DNA of 64,000 bases from a virus, in the IMG/VR virus record IMGVR_UViG_3300027859_000006, positions 1 through 64,000 of that record; one strand, 5' to 3'. Below, piece after piece: positions 9,140-19,546 of this stretch. A program made the translations under genes and the position numbers. The notes below the pieces were generated by a model. The model was not told the origin of the DNA, searched no databases, and worked only from the letters and a program-made list of their open reading frames with translations. The stretch's first letter is position 1. Each line of letters opens with the position of its first letter.

Positions 9140-10094
9140 AACTGCTTCTGAAGCCTACTACGATGGAAACCCAATCCTTACTAATGAGCAATACGACACA
9201 TTAGAACGTATGTACGGACAAACTATCTCTGGTAACGGAGACACACCTCACGCATTTAGAATGTACTCACTTCAAAAGTGCTACGACATGCAGGATGCCC
9301 CACTAAGCATCGAAAGATGTACCAAAACTCCAAAGCTAGACGGAGCTGCTATTTCATTATTATACGTCCAAGGAAATTATACATTGTCTCTTACTAGAGG
9401 TGATGGATTTAAGGGACGCGATATAACAGATAAAATCCGACAGCTTGTTCCGCATAAGATCGAAACCGACAAGGATTTAGTACAAATTACTGGAGAAGTA
9501 GTTTGTAGTCACACTATGCCTAATGCGCGGAATTACGTATCTGGAGCTTTAAACCTTAAAGACTTCGACGAGTACTCTAGCAAGGTTGTAGAAGGATCTA
9601 TTGAATTTGTTGCCTACTCTGTACAAACCTCGGAATCTTCTATTGGTATTACTACTTCATATCCGGATGACATGAAGTTCTTATACCGAAACGGATTTTT
9701 GCCTGTAACTGAACTACAGATAGAAGATGGTTTAGCCTCTGCTTATGGAACAGCAAGCTTTCTAACAGACGGAATTGTGTACAGACTATCTAGTAACGCT
9801 CAATTCAAAGCGCATGGCTTTACCTCTAAGTTTCCAAAAGGAGCTTTTGCTTTCAAGGAGAATGCTGAGGCTGTGGAGACTACTCTTTTAGACGTAGTTT
9901 GGCAGACTGGAAAAAGCGGCAAGGTTTCTCCAGTGGCGATTCTAGAACCTGTTATGGTAGGGGATGCGAAAGTATCTCGCGCTACTCTTAACAATATAGA
10001 ATTTATAAAGGCGCTAGACTTAGAAATAGGATGCAAGGTAGGCATTGTTCGCAGCGGTGAAATTATACCTTGTGTAGTTTCCCGTATTGATTAG
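9123..10094 (+). CDS. ligA: NAD-dependent DNA ligase, subunit A (adenylation + OB domains)
   Basis: YYDG/EQYD, KLDG active site, TRGDG, RATLNN, RSGEIIP. Confidence 0.95.
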   Translation: MKELLKTASEAYYDGNPILTNEQYDTLERMYGQTISGNGDTPHAFRMYSLQKCYDMQDAPLSIERCTKTPKLDGAAISLLYVQGNYTLSLTRGDGFKGRDITDKIRQLVPHKIETDKDLVQITGEVVCSHTMPNARNYVSGALNLKDFDEYSSKVVEGSIEFVAYSVQTSESSIGITTSYPDDMKFLYRNGFLPVTELQIEDGLASAYGTASFLTDGIVYRLSSNAQFKAHGFTSKFPKGAFAFKENAEAVETTLLDVVWQTGKSGKVSPVAILEPVMVGDAKVSRATLNNIEFIKALDLEIGCKVGIVRSGEIIPCVVSRID

Positions 10095-10124
10095 AGTACA
10101 CGGTGATATAAATCAAAAAATCAC

Positions 10125-10153
10125 TTGTAATTTTTGACAAACGTGTATATAAT
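10125..10153 (+). promoter_or_regulatory. Sigma-70 promoter between ligA and ligB
   Basis: TTGTAA-17-TATAAT. Confidence 0.8.
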
Positions 10154-10231
10154 ACTTTCATGGTTTGGGGGAGATAAGAACTTCTCCGTAAACCTAGGAA
10201 GTTCTCTCCCAGACCTGACCAAGGAATAACT

Positions 10232-10996
10232 ATGGAAATTTTAGTACCAACAGAATGTCCCTCCTGCGGAAGTGAGCTAGAGACAGTAAACAGTCAATTG
10301 TTCTGTCGAAACTCTAAATCATGTCCTGCACAATCTACTAAGCGCGTACAGCACTTTTGTAAGATTTTAAAAATCAAGGGATTCGGAGAGGTCACTGTTA
10401 ATAAACTAGAGATTTCTCATATTAACGAGCTATTAACTCTTACGGAAGAGTTTTGTAAAACAAAAGGGATAGGGGATAAAACCTCAAGCAACTTAGTAGC
10501 TCAGATTCAAGACCGACTTAATAAGAAAATCTACGTATCAGATTTTATCTCAGGAATGTCAATACCTTTAGTAGGTACTTCACTAGCCAAGAAGCTAGGC
10601 TCAATTAAAATAGACGACCTGTCATATGAAGCTATACGCGAAGTAGGTGGTGGCGATAAAGCTGCAAACAACTTAATGGCTTGGATCGAAACAGACTGGA
10701 TTCCAGAATTACAAACCGAATGGGATCAGTATTTAGTAACAGAAAAAACCGTCAGTAATACTGTACAGCAAAAAGGTGTAGTGTGTATTACAGGCAAACT
10801 AAACGACTTTCCTAATCGAAATGCCGCAGCAACACATTTAGCGTCACTCGGTTGGGAAGTAAAATCATCAGTAACCAAAACAACACAATACTTAGTCTGC
10901 GAAGATGATTCAAAGACAGGTTCAAGCTCTTACAAAAAAGCAGAGAAACTTGGACTACCTATTGTGACAATCAAAGAATTAGAGGATAATTATTAA
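10232..10996 (+). CDS. ligB: NAD-dependent DNA ligase, subunit B (Zn finger, HhH, BRCT)
   Basis: CPSCGS...C...C zinc finger, IKGFGE HhH, VCITGKL...SSVTKTT BRCT. Confidence 0.95.
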   Translation: MEILVPTECPSCGSELETVNSQLFCRNSKSCPAQSTKRVQHFCKILKIKGFGEVTVNKLEISHINELLTLTEEFCKTKGIGDKTSSNLVAQIQDRLNKKIYVSDFISGMSIPLVGTSLAKKLGSIKIDDLSYEAIREVGGGDKAANNLMAWIETDWIPELQTEWDQYLVTEKTVSNTVQQKGVVCITGKLNDFPNRNAAATHLASLGWEVKSSVTKTTQYLVCEDDSKTGSSSYKKAEKLGLPIVTIKELEDNY

Positions 10997-10997
10997 T

Positions 10998-11732
10998 ATG
11001 GCAAAATTTAGCTGGAATGAAGATAACACTGCGCAACTAGTAGACATGGTAGGCGCTCCTGACGAGACAATTACTCAAGCGCAACTAATCGAAGTAGCAG
11101 AACAACTTGGAACATCAGCGCGTTCTGTAGGTTCTAAACTTCGTAAAATGGACTACAGCGTACAGAAAGCTAGTGAAGCTCGTAGCTCAGCATGGTCTGA
11201 AGCAGAAGAAGCAGAGCTAGTAGCATTCTTAGACGCAAACAGCGGTGATTACACTTACGGCGAAATCAGCTCTGCTATCCTAGGCGGGAAGTTCTCTCCT
11301 AAACAAGTACAAGGTAAAGTACTTAGCCTAGAAAAAACATCTGACGTGAAGCCAACTGAAAAAGTTGCTCCACCACGTAAATATACTGAAGAGCAAGAAG
11401 CTAAGTTCGTAGAAATGGCTCAAGCCGGTGAAAGCCTTGAAGCAATTGCAGAAGCGTTAGGTGTAAGCCTTAACTCTGCTCGCGGTAAAGCTCTAGCGCT
11501 AACTAAGTCTCATAATATCGAGATGCCTAAGCAAGCGAAAAGCAACGCACAAGCTCGCGTAGACGTATTTGAAGGCGTTGACGTTGAAACAATGACAGTA
11601 GAACAACTAGTAGAAGCTACTGGACGTACTGCTCGCGGTATTCGTTCTACACTATCTCGTCGTGGCTTAACATGCGTAGACTACGATGGTGCTGCAAAGC
11701 GTAAGAAGTTAGACGAAGCATCTGCTGAGTAA
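10998..11732 (+). CDS. D5: T5 D5-like DNA-binding protein (tandem Myb/HTH-like repeats)
   Basis: Repeated W/Y-(N/S/T)-E units, TARGIRSTLSRRGL, synteny after ligB. Confidence 0.85.
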   Translation: MAKFSWNEDNTAQLVDMVGAPDETITQAQLIEVAEQLGTSARSVGSKLRKMDYSVQKASEARSSAWSEAEEAELVAFLDANSGDYTYGEISSAILGGKFSPKQVQGKVLSLEKTSDVKPTEKVAPPRKYTEEQEAKFVEMAQAGESLEAIAEALGVSLNSARGKALALTKSHNIEMPKQAKSNAQARVDVFEGVDVETMTVEQLVEATGRTARGIRSTLSRRGLTCVDYDGAAKRKKLDEASAE

Positions 11733-11751
11733 TATTTAGTACTACCTAAGA

Positions 11752-11782
11752 GGGAGTGAGTGAGTTACTCACTCCCTTTTTT
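11752..11782 (+). terminator. Rho-independent terminator
   Basis: GGGAGTGAGT-GAGTT-ACTCACTCCC-TTTTTT. Confidence 0.85.
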
Positions 11783-11797
11783 CTTATAGGGGCAATA

Positions 11798-13186
11798 ATG
11801 ATAAATACTGAAGGCTTAGTCCTTAAATTGCTGATGCACAGTAAAGAGTCAGAACAAGCATTATTAGCCTTCTCAAGAATAAAAGAAAAGCACTTCTCAG
11901 AATCCTTCAAACCCGTATTTACTGCTATTAAAGATTTCTACCACGAGTTCAACACTCTGCCATCTAGTAACGACATTTCTATTTATAGAGGAAGGTCGGC
12001 TAGGGTTCAAGTGGTTCTAAAGTCTATTCAGAATTTAGATATTACTAACCTAGACTTAGATGTGGCGGTGGAAGCTTTATTAGATAACCACTCCCAAGAG
12101 GTTGCGCTAGACTTAATAACCGATTTTGTAGATAACGTATCGCTCCTTTCTAGGAATGAAATGTTGGACACCTTGGCTAGACTACCAATCTACTTTGAAC
12201 AAGAGATTGAGTCTCCAGAGAAAGTATTAACTGCGCATGAGCTAACCGCGTTCAAACCTAAAGAAGACATTCTTAAAGACGCAGTTCTACTTGGGTTATC
12301 TAATACGTGGGACAGTAAGATAACGTGTCAAATAGAAGACCTAATACTGTTAGGGGGAAGAAGAGGATCCGGTAAAAGTATTGTATGCTCCAACATTGTA
12401 GCAAATCAGATGGAGCAAGGAAACGTTGGTGTCTATTTCACAATAGAAATGACTGGGCAGGAGACATTCCAGAGGATACTTTCCATAGTTACTGGTGTTA
12501 ACTATGGGAATATAAAAGCTGGTGAATTTAGTGTTGAAGAGCAAAAAGCTATCGCAGAATGGCTGGCTAGTCAATACGAAGAGTCAGAAGACATTTTAGA
12601 TGAATTTCTAAAGTCTGACGACCCTGACCCTTACTTATTCGAAAAACAACTAAAATCAACTTGCACTCCTATTAAGGACAGTAAGTTAGTTGTTATAGAT
12701 GACAGGGAACTTTCACTAGCATCAATCGATGTTCAGCTATCAAAACTAAAAGCCAAGTATGGCGATAGGTTCAAGGTTGCCGTAATAGATTACGTTAACC
12801 AAGTGGTTTGGGATGGTCACGAATCTGAAATGTATGATTGGAAGATACAGACTATTATAGCTAAGCAACTTAAAAACTTAGCTAGGAAATATGGAATACT
12901 AATTGTTTCACCTTACCAGATAGACTCTACCGGAGAAGCTAGACTTTCTAAAGGTATACTAGATGCTTGCGATACAGCACAGCTACTCGAACCAGATAAG
13001 GAAACCAGCACAATTACATTCATACCGTCAAAAGTTAGAAGCAGTTCTGACGAAGTTACATCGACGGTAGCAATAGCATGGAATTGTCTAAAGATACATC
13101 CTAAAGAAGTCAATATAGACGACTTGAGACCAGAAGAAGAAAGTAAAGAAAATACTTTCCCATCTGGCGCAGGAGAGTTAGTGTAA
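11798..13186 (+). CDS. D6: Replicative DnaB-like helicase
   Basis: GGRRGSGKS, FTIEM, VIDYVN, SPYQ; start moved to ATG 11798, after RBS AGGGG and the terminator. Confidence 0.9.
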   Translation: MINTEGLVLKLLMHSKESEQALLAFSRIKEKHFSESFKPVFTAIKDFYHEFNTLPSSNDISIYRGRSARVQVVLKSIQNLDITNLDLDVAVEALLDNHSQEVALDLITDFVDNVSLLSRNEMLDTLARLPIYFEQEIESPEKVLTAHELTAFKPKEDILKDAVLLGLSNTWDSKITCQIEDLILLGGRRGSGKSIVCSNIVANQMEQGNVGVYFTIEMTGQETFQRILSIVTGVNYGNIKAGEFSVEEQKAIAEWLASQYEESEDILDEFLKSDDPDPYLFEKQLKSTCTPIKDSKLVVIDDRELSLASIDVQLSKLKAKYGDRFKVAVIDYVNQVVWDGHESEMYDWKIQTIIAKQLKNLARKYGILIVSPYQIDSTGEARLSKGILDACDTAQLLEPDKETSTITFIPSKVRSSSDEVTSTVAIAWNCLKIHPKEVNIDDLRPEEESKENTFPSGAGELV

Positions 13187-14040
13187 TGTCTAGAGTTGAA
13201 GAGATTTTAGATAAAAAGAAAATTCACTACGTTCCTAAGGGTAAAGATGTATTAGTTAAGTGCTTCAACCCAGAGCACGAAGATACGCATCCTTCATTAC
13301 GTATAGACCGGGAAACTGGTCTATACCACTGTTTAAGTTGTGGCTATAGAGGAAACCTACTTACTCAATTACGAGACCCTACCCCAGCGTACACCGCAAA
13401 GGTAGCAAAAATAAAACAGTCAATTTCTAAGCTTCGCGCCCACCGCGTAGTTTCGTACCCTGCCGACATGCATTCACCTATTACGTATGCGTATAGGGGC
13501 ATTGGTATAGATACGCTAGAGAAATTTGGTGCATTTAAATCGGAAGAGATGTTTCCAGATAGGATAGTAATACCTATCTCAGACTATGACGAAAACCTAG
13601 TGTGTATGATTGGTAGATATGAAAACACTGACATATCTCCTAAATACCTAATGAAGCCCAAAGACGTTCAAACTCCTTTGTTTCCGTCACCTATTAAATG
13701 TGACCTATCCTCAGGCGTTTTGATACTAGTGGAAGGTTTATTCGACGTAATTAACTTACACGACAAATCTCTTACTAACGTCGCGGCAACGCTAGGAACA
13801 AAACAATTGACAGCCAAGAACATATTTGATAAACTATTACCATATATGTCGAGTGGCGTCTCGAAAATAGTAATCGTATTTGACCCTGATAAATCAGGAA
13901 TCGAATCCGCAGATAAACTAAAAAAGCTAATAGACTACAATACGGACTTAGTATGCGAGGTTTACAAGTTACCTGGCTCTAAAGACCCTGGTAGCCTAAC
14001 TTATGACGAGGTTCAGACTCTCAAGTCTAGAATCATGTAG
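13186..14040 (+). CDS. pri: DNA primase (CHC2 Zn finger + TOPRIM)
   Basis: CFNPEHEDTHPS...CLSC, VEGLFD, FDPDKSG, KDPG. Confidence 0.92.
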   Translation: MSRVEEILDKKKIHYVPKGKDVLVKCFNPEHEDTHPSLRIDRETGLYHCLSCGYRGNLLTQLRDPTPAYTAKVAKIKQSISKLRAHRVVSYPADMHSPITYAYRGIGIDTLEKFGAFKSEEMFPDRIVIPISDYDENLVCMIGRYENTDISPKYLMKPKDVQTPLFPSPIKCDLSSGVLILVEGLFDVINLHDKSLTNVAATLGTKQLTAKNIFDKLLPYMSSGVSKIVIVFDPDKSGIESADKLKKLIDYNTDLVCEVYKLPGSKDPGSLTYDEVQTLKSRIM

Positions 14041-14073
14041 CACACTAACTCAGTGTATAAACTAAGGAATTAT

Positions 14074-15842
14074 ATGAAAATAGCAATCATCCAAAAATGC
14101 CCATCCAAGACTGAATACCAGAAACTGTTCATGTTACAGAATCATGAGGTAGAAGTCTACAACCTATCAAGTACTAAGGTTTCTCGACTACTTAAACGAG
14201 ATATAGACCTTACGCACTTCGACCCAACTAAATTCGACTACGTAATCCTCGTAGGTTCTGAAGCTCTAAAAAACTATACAAAACAAACATCAGTAACCGA
14301 TTACACCGGAAAACAAGTTGAAGGTAAATGCGGTTATCCCAATTTCATTGCTAGTATCTCACCAGCAATGCTAGCATTTAAACCAGAAAACAAGCCCGTG
14401 TTCGACTTAACTGTAAAAGCCATTCATAATATATTTGGTGGCGTTGAAGAAGACATGGCAAATAAAAACTACGAGTTCTACAGAGAGACTGAAGATATTA
14501 AGAAGTTCCTTAGACGAGTCGAAGCCCACGGAACTGACGTAGTAGCTCTCGACTCCGAAACTAGTGCATTAGAACCTAGAGAAGGGTACATGCTAGGTAT
14601 CTCTGTAACATACGAGCTTCACCAAGGAGCTTACCTAGACTCTGATGGACTAGACCAAGAATGTGTTGATATTCTACAAAGAATTATCGATACTAAGGAC
14701 GTAGTATTCCACAATGCTAAGTTTGATATGAAGTGGTTTTTTTACCATTTAGGCGTAAGGTTTGACCACAGAGAAGGTCACGTACACGATACAATGATTC
14801 TTCACTATCTGTTAGACGAGCGACAAGGTACTCATGGACTTAAGTCTTTGGCACTTAAATACACAGATTTAGGGGCGTACGATGATGAACTTGACGAGTG
14901 GAAGAAAGATTACATAAAACAGTATTCTATTGACCCAGACACTTTTTCATACGACTTAATACCGTGGGACATAATCAAAGTATACGCTGCAAAAGATACA
15001 GACGCTACATTCCAACTGTTTCGTAAGTTCTACCCTATTCTTATGAAAAATAGTAAATTAAAATACTGTTACGAAGAGCTACAACTACCAGCACTTCACT
15101 TCTTAACTAGAATGGAAGACCGTGGAGTTCCGGTATCTGCCAACAGACTTCTAGAAGCTAACAACTACCTAGACAGTCAACTATCAGCTTACCGTAAACA
15201 GCTATGGGAAGTAGAAGAAGTAATAGAGCTAGAGCAAGAGCAAGGAGCAGTATTTAATCCTAACTCTGTTCAGCAAATTAGAAAACTACTGTTTGATAAA
15301 GTAGGCTTAAAACCGACAGGTAAATTGACAGGCACAGGTGCAATATCAGTAGACAAAGAGGTGCTAGACACTCTAGCTGCTCAGCATAAAGTACCAAAGC
15401 TTATTAAGAATATCAGAACGCATTTAAAACTTAAATCAACTTACATATCTAAGCTAATACCTTGTATTAATTCAGATAGTAGAGTACGAACAGGGTTTCA
15501 CCAAACCACGACCACTTCGGGTCGATTGTCCTCTTCAGGTCGATTTAACATGCAGCAGCTTCCGAGAGATAATCCTATTATCAAAGGTTGTGTAGTACCT
15601 CCTGAGGGTTATAAAATAGTAGCCTTGGACTTAACCACCGCAGAAATTTATTTTGCGGCTGTCTTATCGGAAGATAAGGCAATGCAGCAAGTATTTATCA
15701 ACATGAAGAAAGACCCTGATAAATACCCTGACTTTCACGCTAACGTAGCGTCTATGGTATTTAACTTACCATGTGAGCCTAAAGACGTTAAAAAGCTATA
15801 TCCAGCGCTAAGACAGGCGGCTAAAGCAATCAGCTTCGGTAT
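14074..15842 (+). CDS. pol: Family A DNA polymerase, exon 1 (UDG-like N-terminus, 3'-5' exonuclease, motifs A and B start)
   Basis: ALDSET, HNAKFD, YAAKD, TTSGRLSS, DLTTAE, RQAAKAISFG-I; joins exon 2 at 16106 to give about 784 aa. Confidence 0.93.
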
Positions 15843-16105
15843 TAACTTATAAAGGTATCGGTTGCTCGTGAGAGCATCTCAGCTGAATAAATATAGAGAA
15901 TAATCCGCTCAATTGACGGAAACCCTAACCCAGCAATGGTATGGCAATCCGCAGCCAGAGTTAGTAGGAATACTTTCAAATGGTTCAGAGACTCATAGAG
16001 CTTCCAGAACGGAAGCAACTAGGATGCTTCGGCATAATACGGCGGACACCTTATTAGTTAAGGTGATGGGATAGTCCATGCCTCTAGAAATAGAGGAATA
16101 ACATG
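15843..16105 (+). mobile_element. Group I self-splicing intron (IA2-like, 263 nt, no homing endonuclease)
   Basis: Exon ends in U, intron ends in G; IGS GUAUCGG (15855-61) pairs with the 5' exon via U-G; P10 UAUAAA/UUUAUA; core AATTGACGGAAA, AATCCGCAGC, GTTCAGAGACTCA, GGGATAGTCC; P9 CCTCTA-GAAA-TAGAGG. Confidence 0.93.
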
Positions 16106-16691
16106 TTTATACGGGTCAGGCCCAGCTAAGGTAGCAGAAGCGGTTAATCTAGCATTCCTAGAGAATGACCAACCTGCGACTTGTACTGTAGAAGATGCGA
16201 AAGGATACATCCAAGACTACTTCCGTAGATTCAAGCAGCTTAAACGTTGGATTGATGAATGCCATAACCAAATCAAAGAGTATGGTTTTATCTATAATCA
16301 CTTTGGTAGAAAGCGTAGACTACGCAACATTAACTCTAAGGATAGAGGTATTGCTTCTGGTGAAGTTCGTTCAGGATTTAACGCAATCATCCAATCTATA
16401 TCTAGTGACTCATTGTTACTGGGTGCAATTGATGCGGATAAAGAAATCATAGAGAAAGGATTCCCTGCTGAAATCTTCGCTCTAGTACATGACTCCATCG
16501 TAGCAATTGTTAGAGAAGACAAAGTAGAAGAGTACATCGAGCTAGTAACTAGAAATGTGCAAAAAGACCGTGGATGTTCAATCCCTGACTGTCCTGTTGG
16601 TCTAGAGGCGGACTCAGAGCCAGGTGGTTCTAGAGACTATTCTTGTGGTAAATTAGAAGCTAAGTATCCAGACTTAGCTAAGGTAACATAA
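16106..16691 (+). CDS. pol: Family A DNA polymerase, exon 2
   Basis: Restores FGI-LYGSGPAKV (motif B); GFNAIIQS, LVHDS (motif C). Confidence 0.93.
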
Positions 16692-17029
16692 TGAGAAAAT
16701 TACTTAAAGTTTTTGGAGCTGAGGGAAGCTCTGATGATAGTAGCTTTGTAACATATCTATACAAGCTGGTTCTACATAGAACCGGCCCTACTTCCCCACA
16801 GTCTGAGATCCCTATATACTTGGACAACAACAAAGTAGGTACTGTATTACTACCTAATGTGACGGATGGTACTTTATATATAGCTTGTGACTTGACTATA
16901 TCAGAAGAGTTGCTAAAGTTCTTAGTACCCACACTAACATTGGCAAATTCTGGTTATGTTCATGTGGAGTTGAGAGTAAAAGAGGTGTTTGATGTTTCTG
17001 GAGTGCCAATTCCCGATCTACGAAATTAG
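16691..17029 (+). CDS. Hypothetical protein
   Basis: TAATG overlap with pol, RBS AAGGT. Confidence 0.6.
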   Translation: MRKLLKVFGAEGSSDDSSFVTYLYKLVLHRTGPTSPQSEIPIYLDNNKVGTVLLPNVTDGTLYIACDLTISEELLKFLVPTLTLANSGYVHVELRVKEVFDVSGVPIPDLRN

Positions 17030-17501
17030 GAAGTACGTAGATAAATTCGAGGAGGGTAACTACATTGTTATTCAAACTAACAGAACTAGATGGGTGCTTG
17101 ACTATAAGTACAAAACCGATGACGATTATGCTATACGCAGAATGAAGTTAAAAACCGACCCACTTTGTCCGTACAAAGTGTATCCGCTATATAAGATGCA
17201 CAGGACAATAGGGCAGGTAATTCGTTCTAAGCATAGAGAGTTTATAGATAGTGCCGGTCGTATGATTAAATACAAACCTGCCAAGTTCTATACTATTAAA
17301 ATAGCCAAGATAAGGGCGTCTTGGCTAACTCAAACAGGACACCGAGCGTATAAGGTTTTAGAAACTAATAAAACATTTGTATCTATAGATGGACAATATA
17401 CCCATATAGCCTATGTTGAAGTAGGTAGGCGTACCTTTTTAATTGATTTAATAACTTCCGAGGAGCTTCCAGAGTTCAAAACAGTTAGAACAAAAATATG
17501 A
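16989..17501 (+). CDS. Conserved T5-like hypothetical protein upstream of D10
   Basis: FPIYEIR ... FIDSAG ... VRTKI; T5 synteny; start uncertain. Confidence 0.7.
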   Translation: MMFLECQFPIYEIRKYVDKFEEGNYIVIQTNRTRWVLDYKYKTDDDYAIRRMKLKTDPLCPYKVYPLYKMHRTIGQVIRSKHREFIDSAGRMIKYKPAKFYTIKIAKIRASWLTQTGHRAYKVLETNKTFVSIDGQYTHIAYVEVGRRTFLIDLITSEELPEFKTVRTKI

Positions 17502-18856
17502 GAAAAAAGGCAGTAATATCTAACAAGATATACTTAAACTGTTCTAAGGGCTCAGACTTGGAGCATAAGCTAGAGTCTGAGCTAACTTATGAAATAAACC
17601 AACAACCTATCTCAGAGTTCCCTTTGGTTATTAGACACCTTACTAGGATATCTGATATGGTTGTTACTTTTCCCGCAGGTAGAGTAGACCTAATACCAGA
17701 TGATTACGAAATTGTAGACAAACGTAGCTACGAAGAAGCTGAAATACCAGAGCCTAGTTTTACTCTAAGAGAAAACCAAGCAGAAGCTAATGATTATTTT
17801 AGTGACGGTATGTCTGGTATTATAAACTGTAAACCTGGGTGGGGTAAGTCCATATGTGCTATGGGCTTAGTAGCTAAGTACCAATTAAAGACCTTAATAG
17901 TAACTACTACCACAGTTATACGTGATATGTGGGTTAAGGAAATAAAACAGCACTTTGGTATAGAGCCTTGTGTTATTGGAGGTGGGAAGGTTATAAATCC
18001 CGAATCTCCAATAGCCGTAGGTAATATACAAACAGTAGAGAAGATTATCCAAAAGGAAAGCGGTACGTATGGAATGCTGATAATCGACGAGTGCCACCAT
18101 TGTTCTGCCAATACATTTACCAAAGTTCTGAACGTATCTAGAGCATCTATAAAAATAGGTCTTAGTGGTACATTGACCAGACGAGACGGTAAACACGTAC
18201 TGTTTAACGACTTCTTTGGTTCTAAGAGGTTTGTTGGTAAAGATGAAAACCGTATGAAACCTACTGTGTGGGTTTATAGGTCAGCAGTACAAATCCCATC
18301 CAACTCTATGATTCCATGGGCACGCCGCGCCAATGCAGTTATGGAAGACCCACGACATTTAAGTGATGTTATTTTCATAACTAAAATATTGGAGCAACTA
18401 GGGCACAGAGTTTTAGTAGTTGCTGACAGGGTAGAGTTTTTAGAAAAAGCACACAAAGCGTTGCCTTATAGCTTAATAATAGCTAAGAACATGGCCGCTA
18501 CCGCTGAAGAGAGGGAGATAGTCATGAATGCTGTTAAACAAGGAAAAGCACTATCACTATGTGCAACACAGTCTATATTCTCTGAGGGCGTATCCCTTAA
18601 TGAACTGTCTGCTCTAGTCGCAGGCTCTTTGATTAGTTCCGAAGAACTACTAGAACAGCTTATTGGTAGGGTTCAAAGACCTGCTGAGGGTAAGTTGTCT
18701 CCTATAGTGGTGGATATAAGACTAGAGGGTGAAACAGCTAGAAGACAGTTCTATAACAGGAAAGCTCTGTATACAAGAGAGGGCTGGGAAGTTAAAGAAA
18801 TGAGCAGGGCGGCAATGCTGGACTTGGTGAAACAACATGAGCAAACAATTAGCTAA
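17498..18856 (+). CDS. D10: SF2 helicase (UvsW/T5 D10-like)
   Basis: KPGWGKS, IIDECHH, GLSGT, QLIGRVQR. Confidence 0.92.
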   Translation: MRKKAVISNKIYLNCSKGSDLEHKLESELTYEINQQPISEFPLVIRHLTRISDMVVTFPAGRVDLIPDDYEIVDKRSYEEAEIPEPSFTLRENQAEANDYFSDGMSGIINCKPGWGKSICAMGLVAKYQLKTLIVTTTTVIRDMWVKEIKQHFGIEPCVIGGGKVINPESPIAVGNIQTVEKIIQKESGTYGMLIIDECHHCSANTFTKVLNVSRASIKIGLSGTLTRRDGKHVLFNDFFGSKRFVGKDENRMKPTVWVYRSAVQIPSNSMIPWARRANAVMEDPRHLSDVIFITKILEQLGHRVLVVADRVEFLEKAHKALPYSLIIAKNMAATAEEREIVMNAVKQGKALSLCATQSIFSEGVSLNELSALVAGSLISSEELLEQLIGRVQRPAEGKLSPIVVDIRLEGETARRQFYNRKALYTREGWEVKEMSRAAMLDLVKQHEQTIS

Positions 18857-19136
18857 CGCTACACTTAACCTAATACTCGCAGAGGTTTCTAAAGACTTAG
18901 TAGACCCTATCATGGGAGACCATGAAAAGTATTGGCAAATACTATCTACAGGTATAGAGAAGTTTATACAGAAAATGGCCTCCTGCGAACATAACAATAC
19001 CGTAACCAAGTTGAGCAACGGTGGCTTGTCTGGGTCAGGTAAGAAAATAATAAGCAAAATAACTCACTGCGAAGATTGTGGTAGAGTTTTAAACACAGAA
19101 GTATTTGGAAAGGTTAACAATCTAGATACCCTGTAG
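18837..19136 (+). CDS. Hypothetical protein with CxH/CxxC motif
   Basis: SCEH ... HCEDCG. Confidence 0.6.
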   Translation: MSKQLANATLNLILAEVSKDLVDPIMGDHEKYWQILSTGIEKFIQKMASCEHNNTVTKLSNGGLSGSGKKIISKITHCEDCGRVLNTEVFGKVNNLDTL

Positions 19137-19159
19137 TGCAAATAAAATTAAAATATTTC

Positions 19160-19188
19160 TTGACATTTTGCAACATTATGTATATAAT
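19160..19188 (+). promoter_or_regulatory. Consensus sigma-70 promoter
   Basis: TTGACA-17-TATAAT. Confidence 0.92.
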
Positions 19189-19216
19189 GGCTTTTCAAAT
19201 TGAGGGATTAAACAAA

Positions 19217-19540
19217 ATGACATACTTCGATTATGAATACTGTTACATATTAGGTGCAGGAATGCCTAAGAAAATACTGCGAGCTTTCGAGCTAACAAAA
19301 AACAGACGCGGCAACGATTTCCTAATAAATGAAGAGGGCTTACTTAAATCTAAAGCTTCTGCCTTGCATAAGGCTCAATACTTAGGACTTGCTGCGTTAC
19401 GTAACTATGATGACTACGCAGAGTCTCAAAGAAAAACACTCAGTAGAGGGCTTATCCCAAACTGGATTAAACTAGGGGAGTTAGAAACCAACCCCCTGAT
19501 TACTATAACAGAAACAGAAATTATTTTAAATAAGGAATAA
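19217..19540 (+). CDS. Conserved T5-like hypothetical protein
   Basis: Start moved to ATG 19217 (RBS GAGG, downstream of the promoter); AQYLGLAALRNY motif. Confidence 0.7.
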   Translation: MTYFDYEYCYILGAGMPKKILRAFELTKNRRGNDFLINEEGLLKSKASALHKAQYLGLAALRNYDDYAESQRKTLSRGLIPNWIKLGELETNPLITITETEIILNKE

Positions 19541-19546
19541 ATACAT

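Noticed and set aside
9123-10996. Split NAD ligase as a novelty or hidden intron
   Set aside because: The two-gene ligase is a standard T5 feature; the gap holds a promoter and RBS and no intron core
16195-16452. 85-aa ORF near the intron as a possible homing endonuclease
   Set aside because: It lies in an alternative frame of polymerase exon 2, outside the intron, and has no HNH, GIY-YIG or LAGLIDADG motif
14053-16691. Polymerase as a frameshifted pseudogene or two-subunit enzyme
   Set aside because: The gap has full group I intron structure, and its removal restores motif B in frame
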